Shown here: piece by piece, positions 48,356-58,376 of the stretch
Layout of the letters: every line of letters begins with the position of its first letter
Numbering within the stretch: the first letter of the stretch is position 1
Assembly: GCA_963827235.1 (NCBI GenBank)
Contig: CAWHAE010000009.1
Span: 608,001 to 672,000, forward strand
Length of the DNA: 64,000 nucleotides
Origin: an uncultured bacterium
GTDB taxonomy: Bacteria > Chloroflexota > UBA5177 > JANWHV01
Direction: 5' to 3'
The notes under the pieces: generated by a model
The model's input: only the letters and a program-made list of their open reading frames with translations
The model's database searches: none
Told to the model about the DNA's origin: nothing
Made by a program: the position numbers and the translations under genes

Positions 48356-50350
48356 TCAGATGCGATAGAGCCAATAGGTCTCATCGACCGTGTAGGTATG
48401 AAACCTGCTCAACGTTCCGTGCGGATAGCGTTGCTCGAGGCGAGGAATCAGGCCTACCGCACTCGGGGCGATAAAGACGTAGTCGCCTCCCTTCGGCACT
48501 CGCGGGCACACTTTTGCGTCGACATCATTGAACAGGGTGCACGTTATAGCCTTGGGGGCAAGAAAGCGAATAACCTCATCGTTCATGTAGAGGTCACCCG
48601 CGCTCAACCCGACGGCATAGACTGTACCACGGCTCCGCAAGAAGTTACCAATGTCCATTGGGGCCGCCATACCATTCTGTCGACTTGTCGGTACATATTC
48701 GCCAAAATACCAATGATAGTTGCCGTACGCGATGGCCAGCAGGAGTAGCACGGCGCACACGGAAGAAGGAATTACCGCGTACGGCACCTGCTCCAATACT
48801 GTCCAAAGGTCGTCAATCAGCGCAGCGATCAGGAGCGAGATTATTGGCACTAGAACGACAAGACGAGGCCAATACGGCATGTTGATTGTCATAGCTCCTC
48901 CGACGACGAGAACCGAGACGAACGAAATGAGGCAGATGGAATATCGTGGCTTGCGGAATTGGAAGAAAGAGTAACACACCGCCGCAGGGAGCAATGCGGA
49001 GCTGATCGGATCAATCATCGGGTACGTTGCACCATACTGCAAGCCGCCGTCGCCAGCGTAAAACAGTGTCTGTACAGTTCTCCAGAGCTCTGTTCTTAGC
49101 ATGTACCCGAGGTCGTGAGTACCGAATAGTGCGGTGAGCTGTATCTGGATGTCAGGAAGATTACTGAAAATGGTCTCGTCTTCTGAATGGCCCATGAACA
49201 CAGCCCAGTTGTGCAGAATGTAGACGCCAATTGGAGCTGCACTCACAAGGCACCCGAAAGCCGCCCAGCTCAGCAGCCGTAAACGTGCGGCGAGCACAGA
49301 GCGGTAGCCCGTAAGCAAGAGAGCAAGAACATAGATTGGCAGGATAATAAAGCAGATTCTTGATCCAAAGTACGCATGAATGTCGAAAGTGAGCATGAAT
49401 CCTGTTGCCACTGCCGATAAGCGCGAGCCACGGCGTAACGTGCGTATGAAGAAGTAGAAGGTAAGGGGTACGGCAAGGTCACCAGAAATGACCTGGATGC
49501 CAACGCGGCTGAAGTGAATGTTGTCATGAGAAACGGACAGTAGTGCTGCGGCAAGTAGGCCAGCTCTCCAGTTGAACAGCTCGCTGCCGAGTAGGGCCAC
49601 GGCGATGATGGACAGCAATCCAAGGGCGACGGAGCCGAGCCGCTGGGCCACCAAGCTGTCGCCAAAGACTCCCTGAAACATGGCGTACCAGACGTGTACA
49701 AGCATAGGGAGCTGCGACCAGCTCGAAATGGTGAAGATGCTGGGAACTTGTCCATCGAGAATTGCGCGGGCCTGGAGAGCATCGTTGGCCTCATCAAAGT
49801 GCATGAAGCCGGGGATGGTGGCAAGATTGACCAGTCTCAACGCGGCGGCGACCGCGAGAATCGTCGCCAATGCCAGTGCCTGCCACCTCCAGGCTTTCAC
49901 GGCCAGAACACTGTCGCGCAAGGCTGCGGCCGTGTGCCGGTCGCAGGCAGCGATCACGGCGGCAACCATCCCCAAGACCCAGAGGACAACTGCGAGGCTG
50001 GACGAGCTGCCAATCTGCACCAAGAGTGCGGCCGCGGCACTGGAAGCCGATGCAGCCGCGACAAGCACATAGGTGACATGGAGAAGGCGAGGAGAGGATC
50101 GCGGCACGGTCCATCGGCTCGGCAGGCTCGGTCGTCTGATGCCAAAGGCCAGGATCGCTCCGGTCGGGATCCCCAAGATAAGCAGCTTGAGCAGTAACTC
50201 GGTCGAGAGCGGGCCGGAGTAGAGCTGAAGCTGCAGGGCAAAACTCAGCGCGAGGAACGCCAGCACGGTGCTGGCGACGAGGAGGTACCGGATGACAGAC
50301 GGGCGCGATTGTGGGCTCGGCGCCTCCGGCGAGGCTCGCTCAGGTATCAT
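48356..50350 (-). CDS. GT-C (PMT/ArnT-like) glycosyltransferase
   Basis: LRLVNLATIPGFMHFDE, IHFSRVG, multiple TMs; start approximate. Confidence 0.8.
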   Translation of the reverse strand: MIPERASPEAPSPQSRPSVIRYLLVASTVLAFLALSFALQLQLYSGPLSTELLLKLLILGIPTGAILAFGIRRPSLPSRWTVPRSSPRLLHVTYVLVAAASASSAAAALLVQIGSSSSLAVVLWVLGMVAAVIAACDRHTAAALRDSVLAVKAWRWQALALATILAVAAALRLVNLATIPGFMHFDEANDALQARAILDGQVPSIFTISSWSQLPMLVHVWYAMFQGVFGDSLVAQRLGSVALGLLSIIAVALLGSELFNWRAGLLAAALLSVSHDNIHFSRVGIQVISGDLAVPLTFYFFIRTLRRGSRLSAVATGFMLTFDIHAYFGSRICFIILPIYVLALLLTGYRSVLAARLRLLSWAAFGCLVSAAPIGVYILHNWAVFMGHSEDETIFSNLPDIQIQLTALFGTHDLGYMLRTELWRTVQTLFYAGDGGLQYGATYPMIDPISSALLPAAVCYSFFQFRKPRYSICLISFVSVLVVGGAMTINMPYWPRLVVLVPIISLLIAALIDDLWTVLEQVPYAVIPSSVCAVLLLLAIAYGNYHWYFGEYVPTSRQNGMAAPMDIGNFLRSRGTVYAVGLSAGDLYMNDEVIRFLAPKAITCTLFNDVDAKVCPRVPKGGDYVFIAPSAVGLIPRLEQRYPHGTLSRFHTYTVDETYWLYRI

Positions 50351-50663
50351 CGCACACTTCCCAATGCCGCGGATGTGCTGCAGCAGGCGCCTAAACATGA
50401 TGCTTGACATTTTCTCTTGCCGGTTTGGGCTGCACGCTTCGAGCCCGCCTCATAGAAGGTGCAGCCTTGTCGACAGATAACTATCCACCTGATTGGGGTC
50501 TGGCGAAAGCACTGATGCTTACCACAAGTGCGCAATCATGAGAGCGATTTGCGGTCGGTTGTTCCATGGCGGAGGATGGCCATGTGATGGGCTGACCTCG
50601 GCACCAAGACGGTATCCACCCCTTGGCAGCCTTCATGTGCCAAGTTGGAAGCGTCGGCAGACA

Positions 50664-52752
50664 CTAGCTTGTAGACCCATGCGGAGCTGGGCCACGTCGC
50701 GCCAGTGCCGTGACCTTGGCTCCCGCCACCGATCGCTGGCGGATCCTGTAGACATAGAGACTGGCATGGTCCAGCGTGTATGTCTTGAGTGTGCTCAGGC
50801 TACCTCCAGGATATGCCGCCTCGATCTGGGCAATGAACTGCATACGAGTCGGGACAATAATGAAGATGCGGTCGCGGCTGGGCATTGGTGGGCAGCTCGC
50901 TATGTTGATCCCGTCCAAGACAGTGCACGTCCGGATATTCGGCGCAAGAAGCTGGATGGCTTGATGGTCCATGTAGAGGGCACCATCGGAGATGCCGTAG
51001 ACGGCGGGATCATCCGTGATGGCACGGAGGTAGTTGCCGATATCCATGGGAGCGGCAAGACCGTAGCTTTGACTGACGCGCGGTTGATACTCGTTGAAAT
51101 ACCAGTTGTAGTTGCCCCAAGCCACTCCAGCCAGGAGTGCCAACAATGCCAGGCTTGCAGGCAGCATTAGCGGCCGCCAGCGGACCAGCGACTGCCACAA
51201 CGCGTCGAGAAAGCCGGCTATCAGCAGCGCCACTATTGGCGGCAGCACGATCAGCCGTGGCCAAAATGGCGCGTCGATGGTTAGCACGCCGCCGACGATC
51301 ACCACGCCCACAAGGGAGATAGCGCAGATAGCGAAGCCTGCACGACGTGCGCGAAGAGCCGCATAGGCTACAGCGGCCGGAATTACCGCAGCACTAAGCG
51401 GATCCAGCATGGGATGCCAACTGCCGTACTGTAGCGACCCATCTCCCAGGAAGTTGAACGTCTGTACTATGTGCCAGAGCTGCGTCCTGAGTATGCTGAC
51501 TGCATCCTGCGTACCGTAGATGCTGCGAACGTGGTCCTGCGTGTCCGGCAAGCCGCCAAGCACCAGTACAGCGCGTGTCCGGCTTGTAAAGGCATCCCAG
51601 TCGCCCAAGATGGCGGCTCCAATCGGTGCTACTCCCACGATCCAGCCACCAACGAGCCATGCCAGAGTCGGAAGTCGTGGGCGCAGCAGGTTTCGGTCAC
51701 TTACGAGCAACACGTAGCCAATGATCAGAGGCGCAATGACATATGCCACACGTCCGGCGTAGTAGACCTGGATATCCACACTCAGCATAATGCCGGCACC
51801 TACTGCTGCCATCCGTGATCCGTAGCGCAACGCCAGCACAATCAAGTAGATGGAAACCACAACGGCAAACATCGCTTGCACATAGTGGTGACCCACACGG
51901 CTGAAATGAATGGCCACGTGGGAGAATGTGAGCAGTGCTGCCGCGAGCAACCCGGCGCGCCATGAGAACAACTCTCGGCCGAGTAACGCGACGACTCCGA
52001 CCGACGCAATACCCAGTACAGCCGAGGACAGGCGTAGCGCGAAAAGGCTGTCACCGAACAGCTTGAAGAACAGGGCATCCCAGGAATAACCCAGAATCGG
52101 CAGCTCAGCCCAACCATTGGAGAATAGGCTCGACACCTGGCCATCCGCCACGCTGCGAGCCATGAGTCCGTTTGAAGCCTCGTCGTTATGAATGTAGCCT
52201 GGGATAGTCTCAAGCGCTGGAATCCGCAAGACGGCAGCCATGATAATCACGGCGAGTGCTGCCAGTGCGGGCCATGCGTACCGCAGTCGCACGTCGCTGA
52301 AGCGAGTCGGTCTGGCGCCGAGTCGCCTCAACGAGCCGGCTGGAGCAGCAGCAATCAAGAATCAGCGCCAGCCCGAGAATCCACGCTACCGTGCTAACCG
52401 TCGGCGAGCCATTCGTATGCACCAGCCAGGCCGCACCCAGCGAGAGTAGCAGGGCGATGCCGGCCAGCACATACTGTGGCATGGCTACGAGCCCGGTGCT
52501 CCCGGTAGCGCCGTGCCATCGTCCCGGTTGAGCCGGCTGCGTCGTGCAGAAGGCGAGCAGGCAGCCGGCCAGCAGGCCCAACGCCCCGAGCCACACAAAG
52601 ATGTTGGTGGGCCCTCCCTGATCGAGCAGCTGTAGCTCCTCGCTGAAGCTGCGAAAGAGGAGAATGAGTACTACAATCGGGGCAACGTACGGCAGCAACG
52701 GTGTCCAGGCGGCGAAGAAGCGGGCCGTCCGCGATCTACTATCCTGGCTCAA
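50664..52752 (-). pseudogene. GT-C (PMT/ArnT-like) glycosyltransferase split by a frameshift near 52360
   Basis: N-terminal TM region starts at TTG 52752 after AGGAGG and shifts frame at ...LGLALI into LIAAAPA...LRIPALETIPGYIHNDE; paralogous to 48356-50350. Confidence 0.7.
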
Positions 52753-52903
52753 TGTTCCTCCTGAGTATCATCCGGCACATACTTGCCACACTATTCGGCG
52801 ACTCGACGCAATACAGCAGTCTTCGGTGTTCCGAAACGGTAAACTCATCCCTAGTCGGGCGTGACAAGGTGAGTATATCCGCAGTGCCTGGGAGCACGAG
52901 CCA

Positions 52904-53719
52904 ATGCACGACGTGGGCCAGCGTACCAAAGCCAGGGTCATCGTTGTGATGCCAGCTTACAATGCCGCGCGCACCCTGGAGCGTACTTATCACGATATAC
53001 CAGCAGGCGTTGTGGATCACGTCATCTTGGTCGATGACGTAAGCCGCGATGACACCGTAGTTATTTCGCGGCAGCTTGGACTTTCAACAATCATCCACCA
53101 GCAGAACCGCGGCTACGGCGGCAACCAAAAGACTTGCTATTGGGAAGCTCTGAAAGCCGGTGCTGACATCGTCGTGATGCTGCATCCGGATCACCAGTAT
53201 GATGCGACCAAGATTCCTCAGCTCATCGAGCCTATAGTGAACGGAAGAGCCGATATGGTGCTCGGGTCGCGTCTGCTGGAGGACCACGCGCTTGCCGGTG
53301 GCATGCCGATCTGGAAGTACGTGGCGAATCGTGGCCTGACCGCGCTGGAGAACCTGGCGTTTAGGCGCCACCTGTCGGAATATCACACCGGATTCAGGGC
53401 ATACAGTCGGCGCATGCTCCAGACGATTCCATTCCTCCTGAACTCTGAGGACTTCGTGTTCGATACTCAAGTTATCGCTCAAGCCGTCGCCTTCAACTTC
53501 ATCATCACCGAGACGCCAGTAGAGACGCGGTACTTCAAGGAAGCCTCGTCGGTGAATTTCCGCCGCAGCGTTAAGTACGGTCTTTCGACTGTGCTGACCG
53601 TTCTAGAGTTTCTGCTGGATCGCTCGGGTGTTCGCCGAGCCGCGCGGCTGCGTACACCGCTCCGTCAGATTGTCAGCCAGCACTATCATGAGGAGTTGTT
53701 CCGACAGACGGAGGCCTAG
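52904..53719 (+). CDS. GT2 glycosyltransferase (polyprenyl-phosphate sugar synthase-like)
   Basis: VMPAYN, VDDVSRD.T, NRGYGGNQKTCY, MLHPD.QY, GSR, EYHTGFRAY. Confidence 0.9.
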   Translation: MHDVGQRTKARVIVVMPAYNAARTLERTYHDIPAGVVDHVILVDDVSRDDTVVISRQLGLSTIIHQQNRGYGGNQKTCYWEALKAGADIVVMLHPDHQYDATKIPQLIEPIVNGRADMVLGSRLLEDHALAGGMPIWKYVANRGLTALENLAFRRHLSEYHTGFRAYSRRMLQTIPFLLNSEDFVFDTQVIAQAVAFNFIITETPVETRYFKEASSVNFRRSVKYGLSTVLTVLEFLLDRSGVRRAARLRTPLRQIVSQHYHEELFRQTEA

Positions 53720-53731
53720 GCACTTCTCTCG

Positions 53732-54700
53732 TCAGGGCTTTCTAGCGTAAAGTATGACGGTCGCGCCGCGGCCCAAGAGGGCGACAAGCGGCACCCACGC
53801 CAGGCTCATGGCGCCGAGGATCGGGGTCAACACCAGGGTGGCCACAGTCTCGCCTATGCCAGTGGTTGGCTGATCCTGGAGTACTTTCGCGCCGTGCGCA
53901 CGCATGAGATTGTAGAGCAGATTGTGTCTGATGCCTATCATGTTGAGCGCGGTTTGGACGAAGCTGAAGAAGTCGTACTCCGGTGCGAGATAGCTGGACT
54001 TGGCGGGCACCAGGCCAGCGGCTTCTATCATGGTACCGAGGCTTTCGGGCGTGAAATGGTATAGGTGCCGGGGCACGTCGAGATGAAACCAGTGCGCTTT
54101 CCCCGAGCGCGCCTCGGCTGAAGCGAAGTTGGGGACGGCAGCAAGCAAGACGCCGCCTGGCCGTAGGATACGAGCTATTTCATCGAGGAGTCCGGCGGGA
54201 TCCGCAACGTGCTCAAGCACATGCCAGAGGACAACGACATGGAAGTTCTCTTCGGGCAGTGCAGAGCTCGCGAGGTCTCCAACCTTCACATCTATGCCCA
54301 GCACCTCACGTGCGTAACGAGCACTCGTGTCAGTCAACTCAGTGCCGTGAACATCCCAGCCGCGCCTACGTAGTTGATGCAAGAGCAGGCCGCGCCCACA
54401 ACCGATATCAAGTACACGTGCGCGCTTCTTACCACTTACACGTTCCAGACGCCTGGCACGTGACGCGTAGAGCCAAGTAAGCGCTCTCTCGACCAGCAGG
54501 CCGTAGCGCTTTTCCCTACCATAGTAGCTATCTGGATAGTACCGATTCATCTGAGCGAGCTCGGGTCGCGGGAGCGTCCGCACCAAGCCGCAGTCGACGC
54601 AGCGCGACAATGCAAAACTATCACCGCTGATGTAGTCGCGTGCAGCGAAGAGGTGCTGCTGCTGTGTATGTTGGCACCTAGTTGGCATGATAATCGGCAT
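53732..54700 (-). CDS. Class I SAM-dependent methyltransferase
   Basis: CVDCGL, VLDIGCGRG, WHVLEH..DP, DVPRHL.HF. Confidence 0.88.
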   Translation of the reverse strand: MPIIMPTRCQHTQQQHLFAARDYISGDSFALSRCVDCGLVRTLPRPELAQMNRYYPDSYYGREKRYGLLVERALTWLYASRARRLERVSGKKRARVLDIGCGRGLLLHQLRRRGWDVHGTELTDTSARYAREVLGIDVKVGDLASSALPEENFHVVVLWHVLEHVADPAGLLDEIARILRPGGVLLAAVPNFASAEARSGKAHWFHLDVPRHLYHFTPESLGTMIEAAGLVPAKSSYLAPEYDFFSFVQTALNMIGIRHNLLYNLMRAHGAKVLQDQPTTGIGETVATLVLTPILGAMSLAWVPLVALLGRGATVILYARKP

Positions 54701-55149
54701 AGCCTTGCTCTAGAATGACTCCGACGCAGCTCGTCATAGCTACATGTCGTCGGCACCCACGGCTATCAATCTCGTCTGGCGACTCCCGCAACCGGAATGT
54801 TCGGCATAGAGGACATGATACAGATCGCGACAACCTGACAGTCGGCCATCCGCTGGATTGAGCCGCTCGCCGTATGCTTCGCGCTCGTCGTCACGTCTCG
54901 AGTTGTTGACTCCCTGTCACGTCGGGCATAGCGCCATGGCGGGAGAAGACGCGCCGTGCTCCAACGGGCCAGCCGCTAGCACCGCTCGGTCATTTGGCGT
55001 CCATCCCGGCTGTGGCTTGACGAGCCAAAGGTAGCATGGACACCTGCAACAAACGCGCTATGATCGGAACGGCTTATGCTCGATTGTTCCAGGGCTAGGG
55101 GTCGGGCATACAGGGGAGCCATGGTGGAACCGGTAGGGATGCGCGCGAG

Positions 55150-56226
55150 ATGAGTCACCATCGGGCTGGCAAGTGGATGGTGTTTGCTATTCTCTTGGCA
55201 GGTATGCTGCTGTGCCTTGCACTGCGAGGCGTTGACTGGCCTGTTCTGTGGACTTCCGTCCGTGAGGCAAAGTTGCCGCTCGTTGCCCTGGCCCTTCTGG
55301 TGGTGAATGTTTCCTTCTTCTTACGGGCATTGCGTTGGCGAGTGCTGCTCAGCGCACGGGCTCACCTTAGGCGAGTCGTGGTGTTCAGTGCAATGTCCGT
55401 CGGCTACTTGGGCAATAGCCTATTGCCCGCGCGGGCCGGCGACGTCATTCGCTCTGCCGTACTCAAGCAGCGTGTGGGTATCAGCTTTGGCTACGCGCTG
55501 GCGACCACACTTGCTGAGCGCCTGATGGACGTTGCGGCGCTTGTGCTGATTGGTTTGACCTGTATGGCTACAGTTCGAGGGCTGGCTGGCTGGGTCGTCC
55601 ATACCACCGTCGTGATGGCAATCGCTGCGGCTTTGGGCACAACCGTGCTCCTTGCCCTTCCTCGTGCAGAGCCTGCCCTGGCCCGGTTTGCCGCGCACAG
55701 CCGCTTGCGCGGATTCAAGTCGAGCGCTATCAGCATCATGCTGAGGGAGTTTCTCCTAGGCATGCGGTCCCTGCAGGAGCCGGTGCGTGCATGCCAGTTC
55801 GTGGGACTAACGGCCGTCATCTGGCTGCTTGACGCGCTGGCAGTGGCTACGGTAGCGCGCGCCCTTGATCTCTCGTTTTCATTGCAAACGGCATTTCTCC
55901 TCCTGGCAGCGCTGGGTCTCGCCAGCGCGGTGCCGTCGACGCCAGGTTATATTGGTATCTATCAATTCGTAGCCGTGACGGTGCTCATGCCGCTCGGCTT
56001 GACGCGCACGCATGCCTTGGCCCATATCCTTCTGTATCAAACGGTAGTGTATTGCGTCGTACTGTTCTGGGGCGGCATCTGCTCCTGGCAGGCTGCGGGC
56101 GTCCGGCTCAATGGTCGGTGGCGCATATTCGGCGACGAAGCTGGCCCCGAAAACGTGGACACTGAGATGGATGCGGCTGATATACCCGTCTCGCCCTCGG
56201 CGCTGCGCCGTATCTCCCAACCGTGA
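55150..56226 (+). CDS. Lysylphosphatidylglycerol-synthase TM / flippase-like membrane protein
   Basis: RALRW..LL, GY..N.LLPARAGD..R, ERLMD, PSTPGYIG. Confidence 0.85.
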   Translation: MSHHRAGKWMVFAILLAGMLLCLALRGVDWPVLWTSVREAKLPLVALALLVVNVSFFLRALRWRVLLSARAHLRRVVVFSAMSVGYLGNSLLPARAGDVIRSAVLKQRVGISFGYALATTLAERLMDVAALVLIGLTCMATVRGLAGWVVHTTVVMAIAAALGTTVLLALPRAEPALARFAAHSRLRGFKSSAISIMLREFLLGMRSLQEPVRACQFVGLTAVIWLLDALAVATVARALDLSFSLQTAFLLLAALGLASAVPSTPGYIGIYQFVAVTVLMPLGLTRTHALAHILLYQTVVYCVVLFWGGICSWQAAGVRLNGRWRIFGDEAGPENVDTEMDAADIPVSPSALRRISQP

Positions 56227-56455
56227 CGTTTCTTCATACACACATGAAGTAGGGACGAACGCTGCTGCGACCGATTGGCGCCGCACCGCTCGATGCCGCT
56301 TTGGCCTGAGCCTTCCCGGGCCGCTTCGCGCCCAGCCCGCCCGAAAGCACCTCCATCACGGAAATTTCATCGAAATTTCATATCCCATAGGATAGAAGTA
56401 ACTTGACGATAACGCGTGCGCCGCCTGGCGAGAAAATCGCCGTCTTCAAGAGAAA

Positions 56456-56524
56456 ACTGGTCATCGAGAGGTGGAGAACCCACTGGACACCTATGGTGCC
56501 GGAAGGGACGATCGGTCTCATAGT
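56456..56524 (+). ncRNA. Candidate structured RNA upstream of NlpC/P60 gene (family not identified)
   Basis: Nested pairings incl. CATC-GAGA-GGTG (GNRA loop), GAGA/TCTC, CCC/GGG, CTGG/CCGG, CACC-TAT-GGTG. Confidence 0.4.
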
Positions 56525-56570
56525 ACGCGCAGGAGTGCCATTGTAACGCGGTGAAACGGCATTCAGATGG

Positions 56571-56600
56571 TTGCAAAAGCTTGCGAATGCATTGTATACT
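56571..56600 (+). promoter_or_regulatory. Putative sigma70 promoter
   Basis: TTGCAA-N18-TATACT about 70 nt upstream of the start codon. Confidence 0.5.
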
Positions 56601-56673
56601 AGCGCCCGTCGTAGGCTTTCGTGCGGGTAATCAATCCTGATACGTCGGCCGTATCGCTGATGGAGGTCGTGTA

Positions 56674-57984
56674 TTGAAGAGACTGGCAGTAGGACTCGTT
56701 GTTGCAGGCGTAATGACCCTAACCAGCAGTCTTCCCACCAGCCTTCCTCACGTCGGCAGCATCGTCTCCGTACACACAGTATCTGCAGCAAGCGCGGCTA
56801 CACCAAACGACATCATACAGACGGCCAGACAATATCTTGGCTCGCCGTATGCATACATCGGCAACACCCCAGCCGGCTTTAGTTGTATCGGCTTTGTGAA
56901 TTTCGTTTTCCACCAAAATGGGGTGTACGTTCCCTTCGATATTCCTCTAGCCTGGAGTAGCGCTCCGCACGTCGACGAGTCCCAGCTCATGCCGGGCGAC
57001 GTGTTGTTCTTCAGCAACACCGTGTTTGCCGGGCTCTCGCATGTGGCGATCTACATCGGCAACAATCAAATGATTGGCGCCGATAGCTTCAGCGTCGGCG
57101 TTACCATCGACCAGGTCGACGACGCGTACTGGTCCAGCCACTATACGGGTGCTACGCGCCCCCTGGCTCTGTTGGGAACCTCACCCATGCCGGGTCAGCA
57201 GGCGACCGCTACGCCGGACACCGGCGCGTCGGCGCAGCCAACGCCCATCACCGCACCACCAGTGGCACCGGTCACGGCAGCAGCGCCCAGGGGCTCGCTG
57301 ATCCGGCCTGCCGCTGCTTCTGTCAGCCTGTTCAGTGGGCCCGGCTACGAGTATATGCCGGTGAGCAGTCTTGACCCAACCAGCATGCTCACCGTCGTGC
57401 AGGGCCAGGAAGGCTGGTATAACGTACACACGGCGGCCAATATCTATGGCTGGGTGACGGCCGGCTCGGTGAAGGTGGTCAAGATGGCTGCCGATCCCAG
57501 CAGGATCAACCTCAGCGCGACCCCCTCTGGGCTGTCGCAGGCGGCTGCGATCACGGGCGGTAGGGCAATCAAGCTCGAGTACGTAGCAGTCGGCCCTCTC
57601 TGGGTGCGCGACGGCCCGAGCAAATCCAACAATGAGCTTGGTTATGTGATTCCCGGCTCTCAGCTGCTCGTCTACGCGACGACGCCGCACTGGGCACACG
57701 TGGGAACGCCGAGCGGGCTCCTCGGCTGGGTCGCTTCGCAGTACCTCAGCAGCACGCCGGTCGTGAAGACCGGGTCGAGCACCGCGGTGACCGGGATTAT
57801 CGTGCACGTTACGGTGCCCGCGCTCAACGTGCGGGCCCTGCCCGAGAGCCACGCGCGTATCATCACGGTGTTGTTCTCCGGCGAGCGCGTCCAGGTTCTT
57901 GCCCAGCGTTCCGGCTGGAACGAGATCAAGCTGAAGAGCGGCACGATCGGCTGGGCCAGCGCGCAGTACCTGTCGGCGAGGTAG
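56674..57984 (+). CDS. Secreted NlpC/P60 peptidoglycan endopeptidase with three SH3b-like domains
   Basis: Signal peptide; YLGSPY..GNTP.GFSCIGF, PGD.LFF, HVAIYIG; three ...GW(V/A) SH3 repeats. Confidence 0.9.
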   Translation: MKRLAVGLVVAGVMTLTSSLPTSLPHVGSIVSVHTVSAASAATPNDIIQTARQYLGSPYAYIGNTPAGFSCIGFVNFVFHQNGVYVPFDIPLAWSSAPHVDESQLMPGDVLFFSNTVFAGLSHVAIYIGNNQMIGADSFSVGVTIDQVDDAYWSSHYTGATRPLALLGTSPMPGQQATATPDTGASAQPTPITAPPVAPVTAAAPRGSLIRPAAASVSLFSGPGYEYMPVSSLDPTSMLTVVQGQEGWYNVHTAANIYGWVTAGSVKVVKMAADPSRINLSATPSGLSQAAAITGGRAIKLEYVAVGPLWVRDGPSKSNNELGYVIPGSQLLVYATTPHWAHVGTPSGLLGWVASQYLSSTPVVKTGSSTAVTGIIVHVTVPALNVRALPESHARIITVLFSGERVQVLAQRSGWNEIKLKSGTIGWASAQYLSAR

Positions 57985-58376
57985 AGAGCACCTACTGCCG
58001 GCATGGTGGACTTCAGGGCCAGAGGAGTATCCACCTTGCGCTCCAATGGTTGGCGCACTTGCGCTCCCAGCATGCCCTGCCGGCCTTTCCGGCCCGATTC
58101 GTGACGTCGACCCAGGACCACCTGGATCGAACGTCGCGAGTGCCGGTATGACTCTCTCTATCGCCTCGCGGGCGCTCGGCGGCCTGGACGGGCATCGGGA
58201 GCATGCTTCGATGCCCCTGGCACACAACCGTCCGCTCCCATCTGTCCGTCCTCAGTCGGCCGTGGCCGGCACGCCCAGCGGCGTGATAGAGCGCCGGAGA
58301 GCCAGCGCGTTTGCCGCCGCCGCTTCGTATACTGAGCAGAGACGTCGACAGCAAGCGAGATGATTGCAGCAAACGG

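Noticed and set aside
56230-56670. c-di-AMP (ydaO), SAM-I or glycine riboswitch
   Set aside because: Only short motif resemblances; the characteristic consensus blocks and their order are absent
57990-58376. T-box leader for argS
   Set aside because: No T-box consensus or terminator; a TATACT about 45 nt upstream suggests a short leader
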